Under the pieces are notes generated by a model. That model was given only the letters and a program-made list of their open reading frames with translations, did no database searches and was not told where the DNA came from. Of a stretch of 56,665 bases of DNA, positions 20,873 to 29,797 are shown in pieces (the stretch's first letter is position 1; each line of letters starts with the position of its first letter). Position numbers and translations under genes: made by a program. Source of the stretch: a virus (Duplodnaviria > Caudoviricetes); the IMG/VR virus record IMGVR_UViG_3300010370_000044, positions 1-56,665 of that record, one strand, 5' to 3'.

Positions 20873-21379
20873 TTATTCTCTGGCGAACCAGACGGTTGCT
20901 ACACCTTTGTATATGGAAACGCCAATTCGTTTCCATCTAGTCCATCCCCTTTCTACTATTAGATTATCATGCGCTGACGAAGACTTCCATCCGTTTAGCG
21001 CACAATTTGCATTACACGGATCGTCTTTGGGATCGTGCATGTGAGCTATCTCAAATCCGTCGGCTTTCATTCCTAGCAATTCTTTAGGCTTATCCCACAT
21101 TATGTATGCGTTATCCCTACTGTTTACACAACCGCCTGTCCAGAACTTTGACTCAGACCAGCTGTGCATGCTACAGTTAACGTCTCTGAATTTCATGTGG
21201 AAGTATATGTCCATTGAATGGATGTGTGCCACATAAGATAGGGAGTCGCAGTACGCAACTGGCGGTAGGTTTTTTGTTGCTCGGTATTTGTTAATCTCGT
21301 TGAATAGTATCGTCTCCTCCTTTGACCGTTCGTGTAGTGTGTCTGTCGCAAATATCGCAGCGATAAATAGTATTGTCAT
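20873..21379 (-). CDS. CAP/SCP (cysteine-rich secretory) domain protein with signal peptide
   Basis: INKYRATKNLPP..LSYVAHIHSMD and WKSSSAH..I..RIGVSI match the CAP pattern. Confidence 0.8.
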   Translation of the reverse strand: MTILFIAAIFATDTLHERSKEETILFNEINKYRATKNLPPVAYCDSLSYVAHIHSMDIYFHMKFRDVNCSMHSWSESKFWTGGCVNSRDNAYIMWDKPKELLGMKADGFEIAHMHDPKDDPCNANCALNGWKSSSAHDNLIVERGWTRWKRIGVSIYKGVATVWFARE

Positions 21380-21497
21380 TGATTAAGTTTTCAAGTTTAT
21401 TTAATAGTTGACCGACTACAATGCCGATCTTCAGGCTGTCTCCAGTCTCAATTGTTTGAGCAAGTGATACGTATATTTTTTTTAGCTCCTCTTTCAT
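21291..21497 (-). CDS. Hypothetical protein
   Basis: 68-aa ORF coupled to the kinase stop. Confidence 0.5.
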   Translation of the reverse strand: MKEELKKIYVSLAQTIETGDSLKIGIVVGQLLNKLENLINDNTIYRCDICDRHTTRTVKGGDDTIQRD

Positions 21498-22156
21498 ATT
21501 ATCTTTTTAAATACTACTTCTGTTGTTAATCGCAGGCATTCCAGATCTGAATTGTTCATGATCTTGTAGTCGAATTTCCAGTTATCCAGCGCCGTCTCTG
21601 ACGGGTGTCCATTGACTGGTCCAACACCGGGCCTATCAACTCTAACTATCACACCTCCCATCTCCTTTATAGCTTGTGCTTCGTTTGGAAACCGGCAGTC
21701 TGTGATCACCCAGTTCGGGTAGACTGTCTTGTTCTTTTCAAAATCATGAGTGCTAACATAATCAGACATAAGAGCATTGACCCAAGCGTTTGGGTGAAGT
21801 CCATCCCTGATGGCGTCTGTTCCCAATTTCTGCAGCATATCACGAACTGTCATCGGCTCCTCACCGTCCTCGTTGATTGTCCACCAGCATCTGGGTAGTG
21901 CACTCTTCTTTACGCTCTGGCTGTCTAGAGCATCTACCGGTATACCTGTTAACATACTGGCGAACTCCTTTAGTTTACCAGAGAAGCGTTTAATCTTCCA
22001 CTTGGACTGATACTCCATCCAACCTTGATGGTGGTAGATGTTTTCGAATATCTCATCTATAGGCATGTTGCCGGTATTGTTGCAATTAATTAGCTGGATC
22101 ATGTGTGCCACGGCGTCCTTGCCGGAACCAGCGTAACCAGATAGTGCTATGATCAT
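21494..22156 (-). CDS. Deoxynucleoside monophosphate kinase (T4 gp1-like)
   Basis: IIALSGYAGSGKD P-loop, RDMLQKLGTDAIR, VITDCRFPNE, HPSE. Confidence 0.9.
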   Translation of the reverse strand: MIIALSGYAGSGKDAVAHMIQLINCNNTGNMPIDEIFENIYHHQGWMEYQSKWKIKRFSGKLKEFASMLTGIPVDALDSQSVKKSALPRCWWTINEDGEEPMTVRDMLQKLGTDAIRDGLHPNAWVNALMSDYVSTHDFEKNKTVYPNWVITDCRFPNEAQAIKEMGGVIVRVDRPGVGPVNGHPSETALDNWKFDYKIMNNSDLECLRLTTEVVFKKII

Positions 22157-22455
22157 ATTGATTTGATGGTTTTAGTTTGACGGAATTCCATTTTCTCTTG
22201 GTAGTTTACCAGCAGTAGCGCCAGAAGTTCATCTGCTTCATGGTAAGCCATATTGAATTCGTTGTCACCATGATTGATGACGATGCCGTTACCGTCATCC
22301 TTCAGTGACGCAACTTCTTCACCGGGCGATTCCCATTCAGAACTTTCTGATCTGTACAGCGTGTATTCAACGCCGCCTTTAATATTCAAATCAATGTCAT
22401 ACTCATGTGAGTCGACGGGTCCATTGATGTTTTTGTTGATCCATACTTGTATCAT
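22153..22455 (-). CDS. Hypothetical acidic protein
   Basis: ORF coupled to kinase start. Confidence 0.55.
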   Translation of the reverse strand: MIQVWINKNINGPVDSHEYDIDLNIKGGVEYTLYRSESSEWESPGEEVASLKDDGNGIVINHGDNEFNMAYHEADELLALLLVNYQEKMEFRQTKTIKSI

Positions 22456-22456
22456 A

Positions 22457-22642
22457 TTATCTGTTTTTTGTTGGTGTACGAATTGCGGTTGCGGATACCT
22501 TCTCAACCTTGATGAGAGTTAGCTCCCCCGTGCAGGCGGGACATTTGAACTTCTTCTTGTGCAGGTCCGAGTCCCATACATATTCGGTAAGCTCGGCGCC
22601 ACACTTACACTTGTACTTGCGTGGTGATAATTTATTTGCCAT
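22457..22642 (-). CDS. Small Zn-ribbon protein
   Basis: CKC...CPAC; C-terminal IRTPTKNR. Confidence 0.55.
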   Translation of the reverse strand: MANKLSPRKYKCKCGAELTEYVWDSDLHKKKFKCPACTGELTLIKVEKVSATAIRTPTKNR

Positions 22643-22877
22643 ATGTTTCGTTGTAGTATTGTTCAAATGTCATAAAAGCTTTTTCTTCAAATCTTGGATG
22701 TGCATCATCATACAACCACGATTCAGCAATAGCTTGCTCTTGTCCTGCTGAAAAAGCATCCTTCTTCTGCTCTTCCTCCATTGCTTTGGCTTGTTGAAGA
22801 GCATCAAAAGCCGAACGTTTTATTGTCCATTCTAATGGTATTTGGTCGAATAACCATTCTACTGCTGTTTGTTTCAT
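22632..22877 (-). CDS. MKQTAVEWL-type small phage protein
   Basis: QTAVEWL...QAKAME...EQYYNETY pattern common in Bacteroidota phages. Confidence 0.7.
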   Translation of the reverse strand: MKQTAVEWLFDQIPLEWTIKRSAFDALQQAKAMEEEQKKDAFSAGQEQAIAESWLYDDAHPRFEEKAFMTFEQYYNETYGK

Positions 22878-22889
22878 AGTTTATTTGTT

Positions 22890-23063
22890 TTAATCTTCAA
22901 TTAATGTAAGTGATATTCCAACAGAGAGAATAATCCATATACAAATAAGCATAAGTCTACCTTCAAATTTCCAATTTCTAAAATCCAATTCAAGGGATAA
23001 AAAAATACCTATTAGATAAAGGAGTATAAAGAGAAGTACTGATAGTAATATTTTCTTTTTCAT
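22890..23063 (-). CDS. Small 2-TM membrane protein
   Basis: MKKKILLSVLLFILLY...; ATG 14 nt downstream of a pseudo-tRNA. Confidence 0.6.
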   Translation of the reverse strand: MKKKILLSVLLFILLYLIGIFLSLELDFRNWKFEGRLMLICIWIILSVGISLTLIED

Positions 23064-23077
23064 ATTATTTGTTTTAG

Positions 23078-23187
23078 TAGTCAGGACAGGATTCGAACCT
23101 GTATGATGTAAACTTTGCAAGCAACCTAATCTTTGATTCAAGGCATTACATCTTACACATTAGCGTCTATCATTCCGCCACCTGACT
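23078..23187 (-). ncRNA. tRNA-like element (Leu-like D arm and canonical T arm; anticodon arm replaced by ~60-nt insert)
   Basis: AGTCAGG/CCTGACT acceptor, TGGCGGAATGATAGACGC, ACAGG-TTCGAAT-CCTGT; insert contains GATGTAA/TTACATC stem; no encoded CCA. Confidence 0.75.
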
Positions 23188-23219
23188 ATTTATTTTAATT
23201 GTGGGAAGTGGTGTCATTA

Positions 23220-23483
23220 TTAAGATAGCTTCTTCAACCACTTTTTAGTAGCCTGACTTGGATCTTTTACGTACTCAGTGATAGCCGCCAGTGCATCTGC
23301 TGACGAGGCGAACGGTATCTTCTTGCACCCTATTGTAACTACGCACCCAATAGACAGCCAATTTATGTTGATGACGTGCTCCTGTAGTAGACGCTGCTTT
23401 TCCTGTTCAGGAGTTAACTCCACTGGGTCTGGACGATTAATTGTTAATGTTTTACCTGTGTTAGCGATAATCATGTTATCCAT
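23220..23483 (-). CDS. Hypothetical protein
   Basis: 87-aa ORF directly downstream of the second pseudo-tRNA. Confidence 0.6.
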   Translation of the reverse strand: MDNMIIANTGKTLTINRPDPVELTPEQEKQRLLQEHVININWLSIGCVVTIGCKKIPFASSADALAAITEYVKDPSQATKKWLKKLS

Positions 23484-23498
23484 AGTTGTTTGTTTTAG

Positions 23499-23565
23499 TA
23501 GTCAGGGCGGGTCCTGCCCCCGCACCTCACACCTCAGTGTGCGCTCTACATTGAGCTACCTGACT
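23499..23565 (-). ncRNA. Pseudo-tRNA cloverleaf with 4-nt anticodon loop
   Basis: AGTCAGG/CCTGACT, GCTC/GAGC, CACAC-TGAG-GTGTG, GCGGG-GGCAGGA-CCCGC. Confidence 0.75.
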
Positions 23566-23571
23566 GGCCGT

Positions 23572-23787
23572 TTAGAACGGCAGCTTCTCTTCAGCTGGCT
23601 GTGCTGTGAACACCTGCAGGTAAGGCTTACCTTCCTTGCTCTTGCGCAGCGTTACGTTTACCCAACCCTTCTCATTCAGGTTGTCAGTAAGCTTCTTGAT
23701 GTCGTCGGCAGTAAAGCCAATACGGGTTTCCAACTCACCGAATTTGTTCGTCGCTTCGGTAGTGCGACCTACATAGATCTTCTCCAT
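23572..23787 (-). CDS. Small SSB-like protein
   Basis: 71 aa, beta-rich, acidic tail ending EEKLPF. Confidence 0.5.
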   Translation of the reverse strand: MEKIYVGRTTEATNKFGELETRIGFTADDIKKLTDNLNEKGWVNVTLRKSKEGKPYLQVFTAQPAEEKLPF

Positions 23788-23926
23788 GTTTACTTGATTT
23801 TGATGTTAAGTGTATAAATAAAAAGTCCTAGTTCGATGTCGAGCTCTTTGAGCTTCTTGTGAAATGCAACTACTAACACTGGGAACAGGAAGTAGTCGGT
23901 GTGCTTTTCTGTGGTGGTGGTGATTG

Positions 23927-24148
23927 TCATATGGTTGGGTTTAACTTTTCTCCATTCGATGGGTTACCGTATACCTTGATGTCGTTCTGGTCTACCGTTC
24001 TCAGCAGGCCGGTGTGGTAGAACTTCACAATGAACTGTGGGTTTGAGTGGATGCTACCTGCGATCATGAACAGCGCCACACCATAGCCAAGATCTTTGAC
24101 CTCGACGTCGAAGGGATTGAGGATCTCGTGGATGGTTTGTACTATCAT
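23927..24148 (-). CDS. Hypothetical protein
   Basis: Coupled ORF in the - strand operon. Confidence 0.55.
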   Translation of the reverse strand: MIVQTIHEILNPFDVEVKDLGYGVALFMIAGSIHSNPQFIVKFYHTGLLRTVDQNDIKVYGNPSNGEKLNPTI

Positions 24149-24489
24149 AGGATCTTGTTTGAGGTTAGCATTTGAACCAGCTCTTTGAAGTCTTCAATAC
24201 TCATGGCGACAACAGTGCCTTGGCGATTACGCTTGTGGAACACGACGTTGTAGTTCTCATCCTGTGGCATTTCACTCAATACCTTGTGCATACTGCCGAG
24301 ATTCTCTACGGCTTTGCACTGTACATTGAATGGTTCGGTGAAGCACAGATCGATACCTTGATCGTCTTTGTTCTTTGACTCAGATCGGGAGCTCACGCAC
24401 TTCTCATATCCGAGCTCTCTAAAAAAGTCCCGGATCTGAAGCTCGAAGCTGTGTCCCTTCACTCTCGCTGATCGTCCTCTTGTTGCCAT
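24145..24489 (-). CDS. PD-(D/E)XK Holliday junction resolvase-like nuclease
   Basis: KGHSFELQI...GIDL...NVQCK pattern. Confidence 0.7.
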   Translation of the reverse strand: MATRGRSARVKGHSFELQIRDFFRELGYEKCVSSRSESKNKDDQGIDLCFTEPFNVQCKAVENLGSMHKVLSEMPQDENYNVVFHKRNRQGTVVAMSIEDFKELVQMLTSNKIL

Positions 24490-24772
24490 ACTTGTATAAT
24501 CTTTTAAGTCTTATCAATTCAACTATCGTATCCCATTCCATTGTGGGGTGGAAGACAGTTTTATAGAACTTGTTTGGGTGAGTCGGGCTGACCATAAGCA
24601 TCTCAATGCCGGGTGCCACATCGTCTTCTGTTGCCAGCTCGGGGGTACAGTCTTCATTGACCAACCTCCACTCCCCCTTGTATGTACCCCATACCAGCTC
24701 ATAAATTTCCGGCTTCGATGAGCTTACCGTAGTCGACCGGCTGGTGGATGAACTTCGTTTTGTCCGTGCCAT
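24419..24772 (-). CDS. Hypothetical protein (start uncertain)
   Basis: Only ORF filling the gap between helicase and resolvase; overlaps both. Confidence 0.45.
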   Translation of the reverse strand: MARTKRSSSTSRSTTVSSSKPEIYELVWGTYKGEWRLVNEDCTPELATEDDVAPGIEMLMVSPTHPNKFYKTVFHPTMEWDTIVELIRLKRLYKYGNKRTISESEGTQLRASDPGLF

Positions 24773-26417
24773 CGTTTACTTTTTGGGTTGAGAAATACCT
24801 TGACGTGCAGACATCGTATCGGAAGTAGTCGATAGACTCCTGACCAGAGAAGCGGAAGCGGATCTTCCAGAAGTGGATCTCGGTCTGGTTGGTCTCCCGG
24901 TTACGGTACACCGTGATGCCTACGTCGGGGGCGTTGTAGTAGTGGGAGCTGTCGCCTACGTCGTATCCGGTTGGGACTTCGTACACAGCCTGCTTTACCT
25001 TGGTGAGTTTCTTGGGGTGGGCTACCAGCCAGATGTGGATGCCGTGCTCGCGGGCGAATGCCCTGAGGTCCCGCATCATGTTGCCGATCTGGTTGTGCCT
25101 GTTCTCCCCAGACCCGGCGATCTGCCGCTCCACCGTGCTCATGTTATCGATCACCAGACCCCTGATCCCGTGGCGCTTGACCATCTCCTCGGCCTTGGCC
25201 ATGATGGCCTCCACCGTAGAGTCGTTCTCAGACAGCTTGTAGTACTTAAAATGCTCGTTAAGGAACGGGGTGGCTTCCTCTACCTCATCTCTGGAGATAC
25301 GGGCGCAATTGGGCGCAGAAAAGAAACTACGGCCTGTCCTGATGGATAGCAGATCTGTCATGGCGAAGGTGGCGCTGGCCTCCTCAGCCGAGTATACTAG
25401 GTATGACCATCCGTGCCGGTCCGCCAGTCTGACCAGAATGTTCTTGAGCCATGTGGTCTTACCGTGTCCGGGGATACCGGTGATCAGGGTGACCATACCG
25501 GGATGCCATTGGAAGTGCTCATCCAGATTCTCAAACCCTGTGTCGTAGCCCTGCGGATACCCCTGATCCCACAGCTGGGTCAGTTCGCTGGCCGTTACCA
25601 CGTCTATCCCGTCCACCGGGAATGGCTCTGCGTTGTGGTAGCACTCGACCAGCTTGGCCGGACCGTGCTTAAGCATGGTGTCGTTGGCGTCCTTCTCTGG
25701 TAGGTTGATGATCCAGCAGTTGGACTTGCCCAGCCTTCGGGCCAGCTCGTTTCTCAGGGCAATACCCGGTTCGTCGTTGTCTGTGCACAGGTAGATGCGC
25801 TTGCCTTCCAAGTACGGGAGCATATCCTCTAGCCATTCCAGCTTTTGGTTCCCCTTACTGGCTCCGTTCGGTACGCTGACTGCGGTCTTTACTCCAGACT
25901 CATAAAACGCAAGAGCATCGATCTCCCCTTCCGTAATAACCAACTCAGAGTCTGAATTATCGCTTGCAACGTCAATGCCGTAAAGGCTAAGCATAGCGCC
26001 AGACACAAGCTTAAACCTCTTCTGAGAATCGCGGTACTTGATGTTAACCAATTGTCCATTTAGAAAGTAATTAAAGTTTACGCATCGGGTTTCTTTGTCG
26101 CCCATGAACTCGACAGACTCTGTTATCTTATAGCGCAGTAGGGTTTGATTCGATATCCCCCGAGCTGCAAACCAGTCTATCACTGGCTGAGATAAAGTCT
26201 TGAGTTCACTGACTACAGGTGTGTACTCCTTCTTAGTCTTGACGGTGCCGGTCCAGCCGCAGTTGTGGCAGTTCCATATACCCTCCTCGACATTCACAGA
26301 CAGGCACGGGTCTGCCTTGTGCTTGCGTGTTGCGGAGCACTTGGGGCAGGTGGTCTTCACGTCTCCGTTAGAACCGGTCCTGATGTTTATGCCTAGGCGT
26401 TGGAGTTTTTGTAGCAT
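24699..26417 (-). CDS. Bifunctional primase-helicase (T7 gp4 / Twinkle-like)
   Basis: CPKC..CHNC Zn finger, TOPRIM ITEGEIDALA and DNDEPG, Walker A GIPGHGKT, LVAHPKK. Confidence 0.92.
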   Translation of the reverse strand: MLQKLQRLGINIRTGSNGDVKTTCPKCSATRKHKADPCLSVNVEEGIWNCHNCGWTGTVKTKKEYTPVVSELKTLSQPVIDWFAARGISNQTLLRYKITESVEFMGDKETRCVNFNYFLNGQLVNIKYRDSQKRFKLVSGAMLSLYGIDVASDNSDSELVITEGEIDALAFYESGVKTAVSVPNGASKGNQKLEWLEDMLPYLEGKRIYLCTDNDEPGIALRNELARRLGKSNCWIINLPEKDANDTMLKHGPAKLVECYHNAEPFPVDGIDVVTASELTQLWDQGYPQGYDTGFENLDEHFQWHPGMVTLITGIPGHGKTTWLKNILVRLADRHGWSYLVYSAEEASATFAMTDLLSIRTGRSFFSAPNCARISRDEVEEATPFLNEHFKYYKLSENDSTVEAIMAKAEEMVKRHGIRGLVIDNMSTVERQIAGSGENRHNQIGNMMRDLRAFAREHGIHIWLVAHPKKLTKVKQAVYEVPTGYDVGDSSHYYNAPDVGITVYRNRETNQTEIHFWKIRFRFSGQESIDYFRYDVCTSRYFSTQKVNDGTDKTKFIHQPVDYGKLIEAGNL

Positions 26418-26605
26418 CTTTTGATATCTTTCTGGAGTGTTTTAAGTTTCTGATCGAGTTCAAATATTTGCTTCTTGAGATTGTCGGCACGCTCGTACGC
26501 CCGTCCCAGCTTTGCAATGAGCTCCTCTCTCTGTGTCTCGAGCTTGTCCTCCTTATCGAGTAGCTCTTTCTTTTTCTCTACTGATCCAATAATTGGTGGC
26601 GTCAT
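26393..26605 (-). CDS. Coiled-coil hypothetical protein
   Basis: Heptad-rich 70 aa. Confidence 0.45.
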   Translation of the reverse strand: MTPPIIGSVEKKKELLDKEDKLETQREELIAKLGRAYERADNLKKQIFELDQKLKTLQKDIKRCYKNSNA

Positions 26606-26969
26606 CTAGGTATGTTTTAAATTTTTGAGTTGATCCGAATAATGTTGCTGGTCTGATATACTGGCGCATCTTTTCATCGTTGCCCCATGTTTCTTTTTTG
26701 TGCAGGATGACTGACTGAAACTGCTCGAACGTAGCCTGCGGGATGTGAGTGATGATGGTTCTTATCTTCAGGGTCTGGCTGTAGTGAGTACCGTTTACCT
26801 GATTGAAATAGTCCATCACTTTCTGCGCTAGGTCTACATCTTGGTATCCATCGATCTCTTCCTTGATTGAATTGTACTTAGTATCGTATTCAACCAATAG
26901 TTCGAGGGCAGTCAGTGCGTCACGCTTAGAGCTAAACTTCTTCAGAAAGGCCTTGGCTTCCGTATTCAT
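26553..26969 (-). CDS. Replication protein with conserved phage C-terminal (Phg_2220_C-like) domain
   Basis: MDYFNQVNGT..W.ND.KM.QYIRPATLFG..KF..YL. Confidence 0.7.
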   Translation of the reverse strand: MNTEAKAFLKKFSSKRDALTALELLVEYDTKYNSIKEEIDGYQDVDLAQKVMDYFNQVNGTHYSQTLKIRTIITHIPQATFEQFQSVILHKKETWGNDEKMRQYIRPATLFGSTQKFKTYLDDATNYWISREKERATR

Positions 26970-27150
26970 ACATGCTAGTTTTAATTGATTGCTCATGATA
27001 CCCAGCGGCCATTAGCAGTGCGGCGAACACATCAATGATATCATCTACATTGGTCTCATCCAACCTACCAACTGCCGTTTCTCGGCCAAGCGTCCCGTAT
27101 TCGTTCTCCCACTGGATCTTCTTTCCATAGTGGTTGATGGTAATCTTCAT
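26932..27150 (-). CDS. Hypothetical protein
   Basis: 72-aa ORF in operon. Confidence 0.5.
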   Translation of the reverse strand: MKITINHYGKKIQWENEYGTLGRETAVGRLDETNVDDIIDVFAALLMAAGYHEQSIKTSMYEYGSQGLSEEV

Positions 27151-27391
27151 AGTGCTTGAGTTTTACTTTATGAAAAAATAGATTTGGGTCTTTCCTGTTA
27201 CGCTCTGAGGTTACTTCGATATCTATCTTCAGTACCCGGCCGACTTCTGGTGCGGATCGATCGCCCCACAATTCTGCTCGGAGTACCTTTCCGTCGCCAA
27301 GCTCAAACAGGATGTGCTTGTATTTGTATACCTTGTCGTCAACCTCGAACGTCTTTTGTTCGCTGACGTCAACAACCTTTGCTTTAATCAT
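27065..27391 (-). CDS. OB-fold ssDNA-binding-like protein (DUF3127-like)
   Basis: AKVVDV...AELWGD...VG..LKIDIEV.S pattern; beside recombination genes. Confidence 0.55.
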   Translation of the reverse strand: MIKAKVVDVSEQKTFEVDDKVYKYKHILFELGDGKVLRAELWGDRSAPEVGRVLKIDIEVTSERNRKDPNLFFHKVKLKHYEDYHQPLWKEDPVGERIRDAWPRNGSW

Positions 27392-27767
27392 AGTTGTTTA
27401 GTTTATAATAGGAATCTCGTTTGTACATGAACTTGATTGCATTCAGGCACAGTTGCACCTTCAGGTAGAATCGTTTGATCTGATCATCCACCAAGTAGAT
27501 CGTGCCATCAGCCTCTCTTTTCTTTGCCTCTCGAAGTGCGTTGCGGAACTGCTGGATCTTGTTTCGATAAGAGTCGTAACTCATATCCAAGTAGTCTTGT
27601 GTTGATGCCTGAGAAAACCCATGCATGTCTGCCAGTCCGGCGAAGATCATGCGAGCGAAGTCTTTTGCTCCCTCATAAGTTTCAGATGCTGTGAGGATCT
27701 TTGATGCGCCGCGGTCCCAAATGAATTGTGGACGCATGGCTTTTTCCAACTGGTCTAGTCTTACCAT
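27384..27767 (-). CDS. Hypothetical protein, possible HTH
   Basis: 127 aa helical ORF. Confidence 0.5.
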   Translation of the reverse strand: MVRLDQLEKAMRPQFIWDRGASKILTASETYEGAKDFARMIFAGLADMHGFSQASTQDYLDMSYDSYRNKIQQFRNALREAKKREADGTIYLVDDQIKRFYLKVQLCLNAIKFMYKRDSYYKLNNYD

Positions 27768-27778
27768 TGTTTAGGTTT

Positions 27779-28780
27779 TTAAGGTTTATTAAATCGAACT
27801 TGAAATTGTTTGCGCCATGTGATCTTACCGTCGGGTAGGTGCATGATGGAGGCGTTGTTCTTTTCCATTACCTGCTTCAGTCGGTTGCCGTAGAGAAGCT
27901 TGTGATCTTCAACTTTCTTGAGCATTGCATTGTACCGGGTGTATTGAAGCGCCCAGTCTGCCAGCTCGGGGGTGGACTGCATCTCGTTCTCGTTCTCGCG
28001 GTCCTTATGTTTCTGTGAGATGAAAGCATTGAAGTCCTCAGAAGAGTCGGCGTCCGGCTCGTACTTACTTGCGATATCCAGAAGCTCGTCCTTGTCATCC
28101 GAACCAGACACCTTCATATCATCCAGAGCTGACATCACTCGGTCGTTGAATGTCTGCGCCTCCTTCAGTATGGATGACTGCAGTTCCCAATCCGCATCGA
28201 TGGTCTCCACGATCATGCTTCGTCCGTCTACACGCATGCACAGCTCAGCGTACTCGAGCTCGCACACAAGCATGTAGTGTTGAACCTGTGCGATGTACTG
28301 AGGTGGAATGCCGCCGACATATGAGTCAGCAGTCATGCCGTTGATCTTCTTGATCTCGAGGATACCCTGCTTGCGCTTGCGGACAGGATGCTTGGTGATT
28401 ACTCCGTCCACGTTGGCGAATAGTACCGGATACTTAGGGTTCTCGATGATCGCCTTGATCTTCTTGAATCGGCGGACCTTGTTCTTGGCAATCACGTTCT
28501 TTACAAACCCATCTTCGGTACCATCCCAGTACTGCCAGCACTCGGCGATGTTATCCTCTTGGAGTTTGCCCATGGCCATCTCCATGTTCATCATGGTGGG
28601 GAGGGCGCCGACACCAACGGATTGATAGTAGAGAGAGATGGGGCTCTTCCACTTGTTCCATCCGAGTAGTGTACCGGCGTCTGATCCTCCGACCATGCCT
28701 CGAGAAACAAAAGACTGGCGAAGTTTCTGCCAGTCCTGTTCTGAGAGTTTGGCTGTTGGTGTAAGATTAAGGTTTTGCAT
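27779..28780 (-). CDS. YqaJ-like (lambda exonuclease family) recombination nuclease
   Basis: VGGSDAG, ANVDG, ILEIKK, YIAQVQHYM. Confidence 0.9.
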   Translation of the reverse strand: MQNLNLTPTAKLSEQDWQKLRQSFVSRGMVGGSDAGTLLGWNKWKSPISLYYQSVGVGALPTMMNMEMAMGKLQEDNIAECWQYWDGTEDGFVKNVIAKNKVRRFKKIKAIIENPKYPVLFANVDGVITKHPVRKRKQGILEIKKINGMTADSYVGGIPPQYIAQVQHYMLVCELEYAELCMRVDGRSMIVETIDADWELQSSILKEAQTFNDRVMSALDDMKVSGSDDKDELLDIASKYEPDADSSEDFNAFISQKHKDRENENEMQSTPELADWALQYTRYNAMLKKVEDHKLLYGNRLKQVMEKNNASIMHLPDGKITWRKQFQVRFNKP

Positions 28781-29486
28781 CTTTCAATAGTTTAGTTAGT
28801 GTTGTCTTCTGTGCGAGATTCAGTTTGTACTTTGGCATGGCAGCCTCTACTTCATTAGCCTTGCCTTCTGTGATGGCCTTGACCATTGCGTCGAATTGTT
28901 TGGGTTGTAGAGCTGGTAATTCTGCTGAGGCTTTAGGCTCTTCTGCCGTGTTAGATGCAGTGATGGCTGTGGTTTTAGGTATGGTGATAGTCGCAACGGT
29001 AACAGCTGGTTCATACTTTATCTTGCGCCCGTTGATGTGCTTAGTTAGATCCCATACGCGCTGTCCCTTCTCGTCTACCACATTACCATACTGATCACAA
29101 GGAAGGGATACGATATCGAGATCATACAGGAACCGACCAATACCCCACTGAACAGCGGCGCGTTTGAATGCATCTGATGCGGCTGACTTGGCGGCCTGCT
29201 CGTACATCTGGTCCTGCTGATTATCTTCCACGCGTTGTCCTGCGTCCCACCGCCAGTATGTGTTACCTTTATCATCACGGATACCTATACCCGCAAAGAT
29301 GAAACCGGCAACGTCTTTAAATTGTGATTCCCATCCGTACTCACAATGCTGGTCCAGAACATTCATCACGTCCCGGGCATCGATGTACGCGGTACACATT
29401 GCTTTACTGCGATCCTTCGTGCGGGATTGTACCCGCCAGCTGTAGGGGATCGGGGCCTTCAGCTTTTCGACTAGTTGTTTAATCAT
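28767..29486 (-). CDS. Rad52/Rad22-family single-strand annealing protein (Sak-like)
   Basis: SWRVQS...AYIDARDVMNVLD...SDAFKRAAVQWGIGRFLY. Confidence 0.88.
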   Translation of the reverse strand: MIKQLVEKLKAPIPYSWRVQSRTKDRSKAMCTAYIDARDVMNVLDQHCEYGWESQFKDVAGFIFAGIGIRDDKGNTYWRWDAGQRVEDNQQDQMYEQAAKSAASDAFKRAAVQWGIGRFLYDLDIVSLPCDQYGNVVDEKGQRVWDLTKHINGRKIKYEPAVTVATITIPKTTAITASNTAEEPKASAELPALQPKQFDAMVKAITEGKANEVEAAMPKYKLNLAQKTTLTKLLKDAKP

Positions 29487-29707
29487 AGAGTTTTTATGTA
29501 ATCGTTTAGGAATTGATACTCTTCTGCGAGGAAGTAGATGGTCTGCCAATCGTAGTAGAACTTGGTCTTATCTCCGATGGTTAGGGCCTTAACAAAGTGC
29601 CCGCTGACCAGACGCTCGTGATTGTCTGTCAACCACTTGCGGTATGGCTTTAGCTGGTATTCTATACCATCTATAGTCATGGTGTCTTTTACAAAGTCGT
29701 AGCGCAT
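29483..29707 (-). CDS. Hypothetical protein
   Basis: First gene of the leftward recombination/replication operon. Confidence 0.55.
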   Translation of the reverse strand: MRYDFVKDTMTIDGIEYQLKPYRKWLTDNHERLVSGHFVKALTIGDKTKFYYDWQTIYFLAEEYQFLNDYIKTL

Positions 29708-29711
29708 GATG

Positions 29712-29792
29712 CCTAAAGTAGATAAACTCTATTATAGATAGTTGTTGGTAACTAACAAAGATTTGCACAGACAAAAAATCTATATTAGATTT
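29712..29792. promoter_or_regulatory. Divergent control region with three TCTA-N3-TAGA operator-like palindromes
   Basis: CCTAAAGTAGA 29712-29722, TCTATTATAGA 29728-29738, AAATCTATATTAGATTT 29776-29792. Confidence 0.6.
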
Positions 29793-29797
29793 ACGGC

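Noticed and set aside
23078-23565. Calling these elements functional tRNA genes (e.g. tRNA-Leu)
   Set aside because: Neither has a 7-nt anticodon loop on a 5-bp stem; they are reported as tRNA-like elements.
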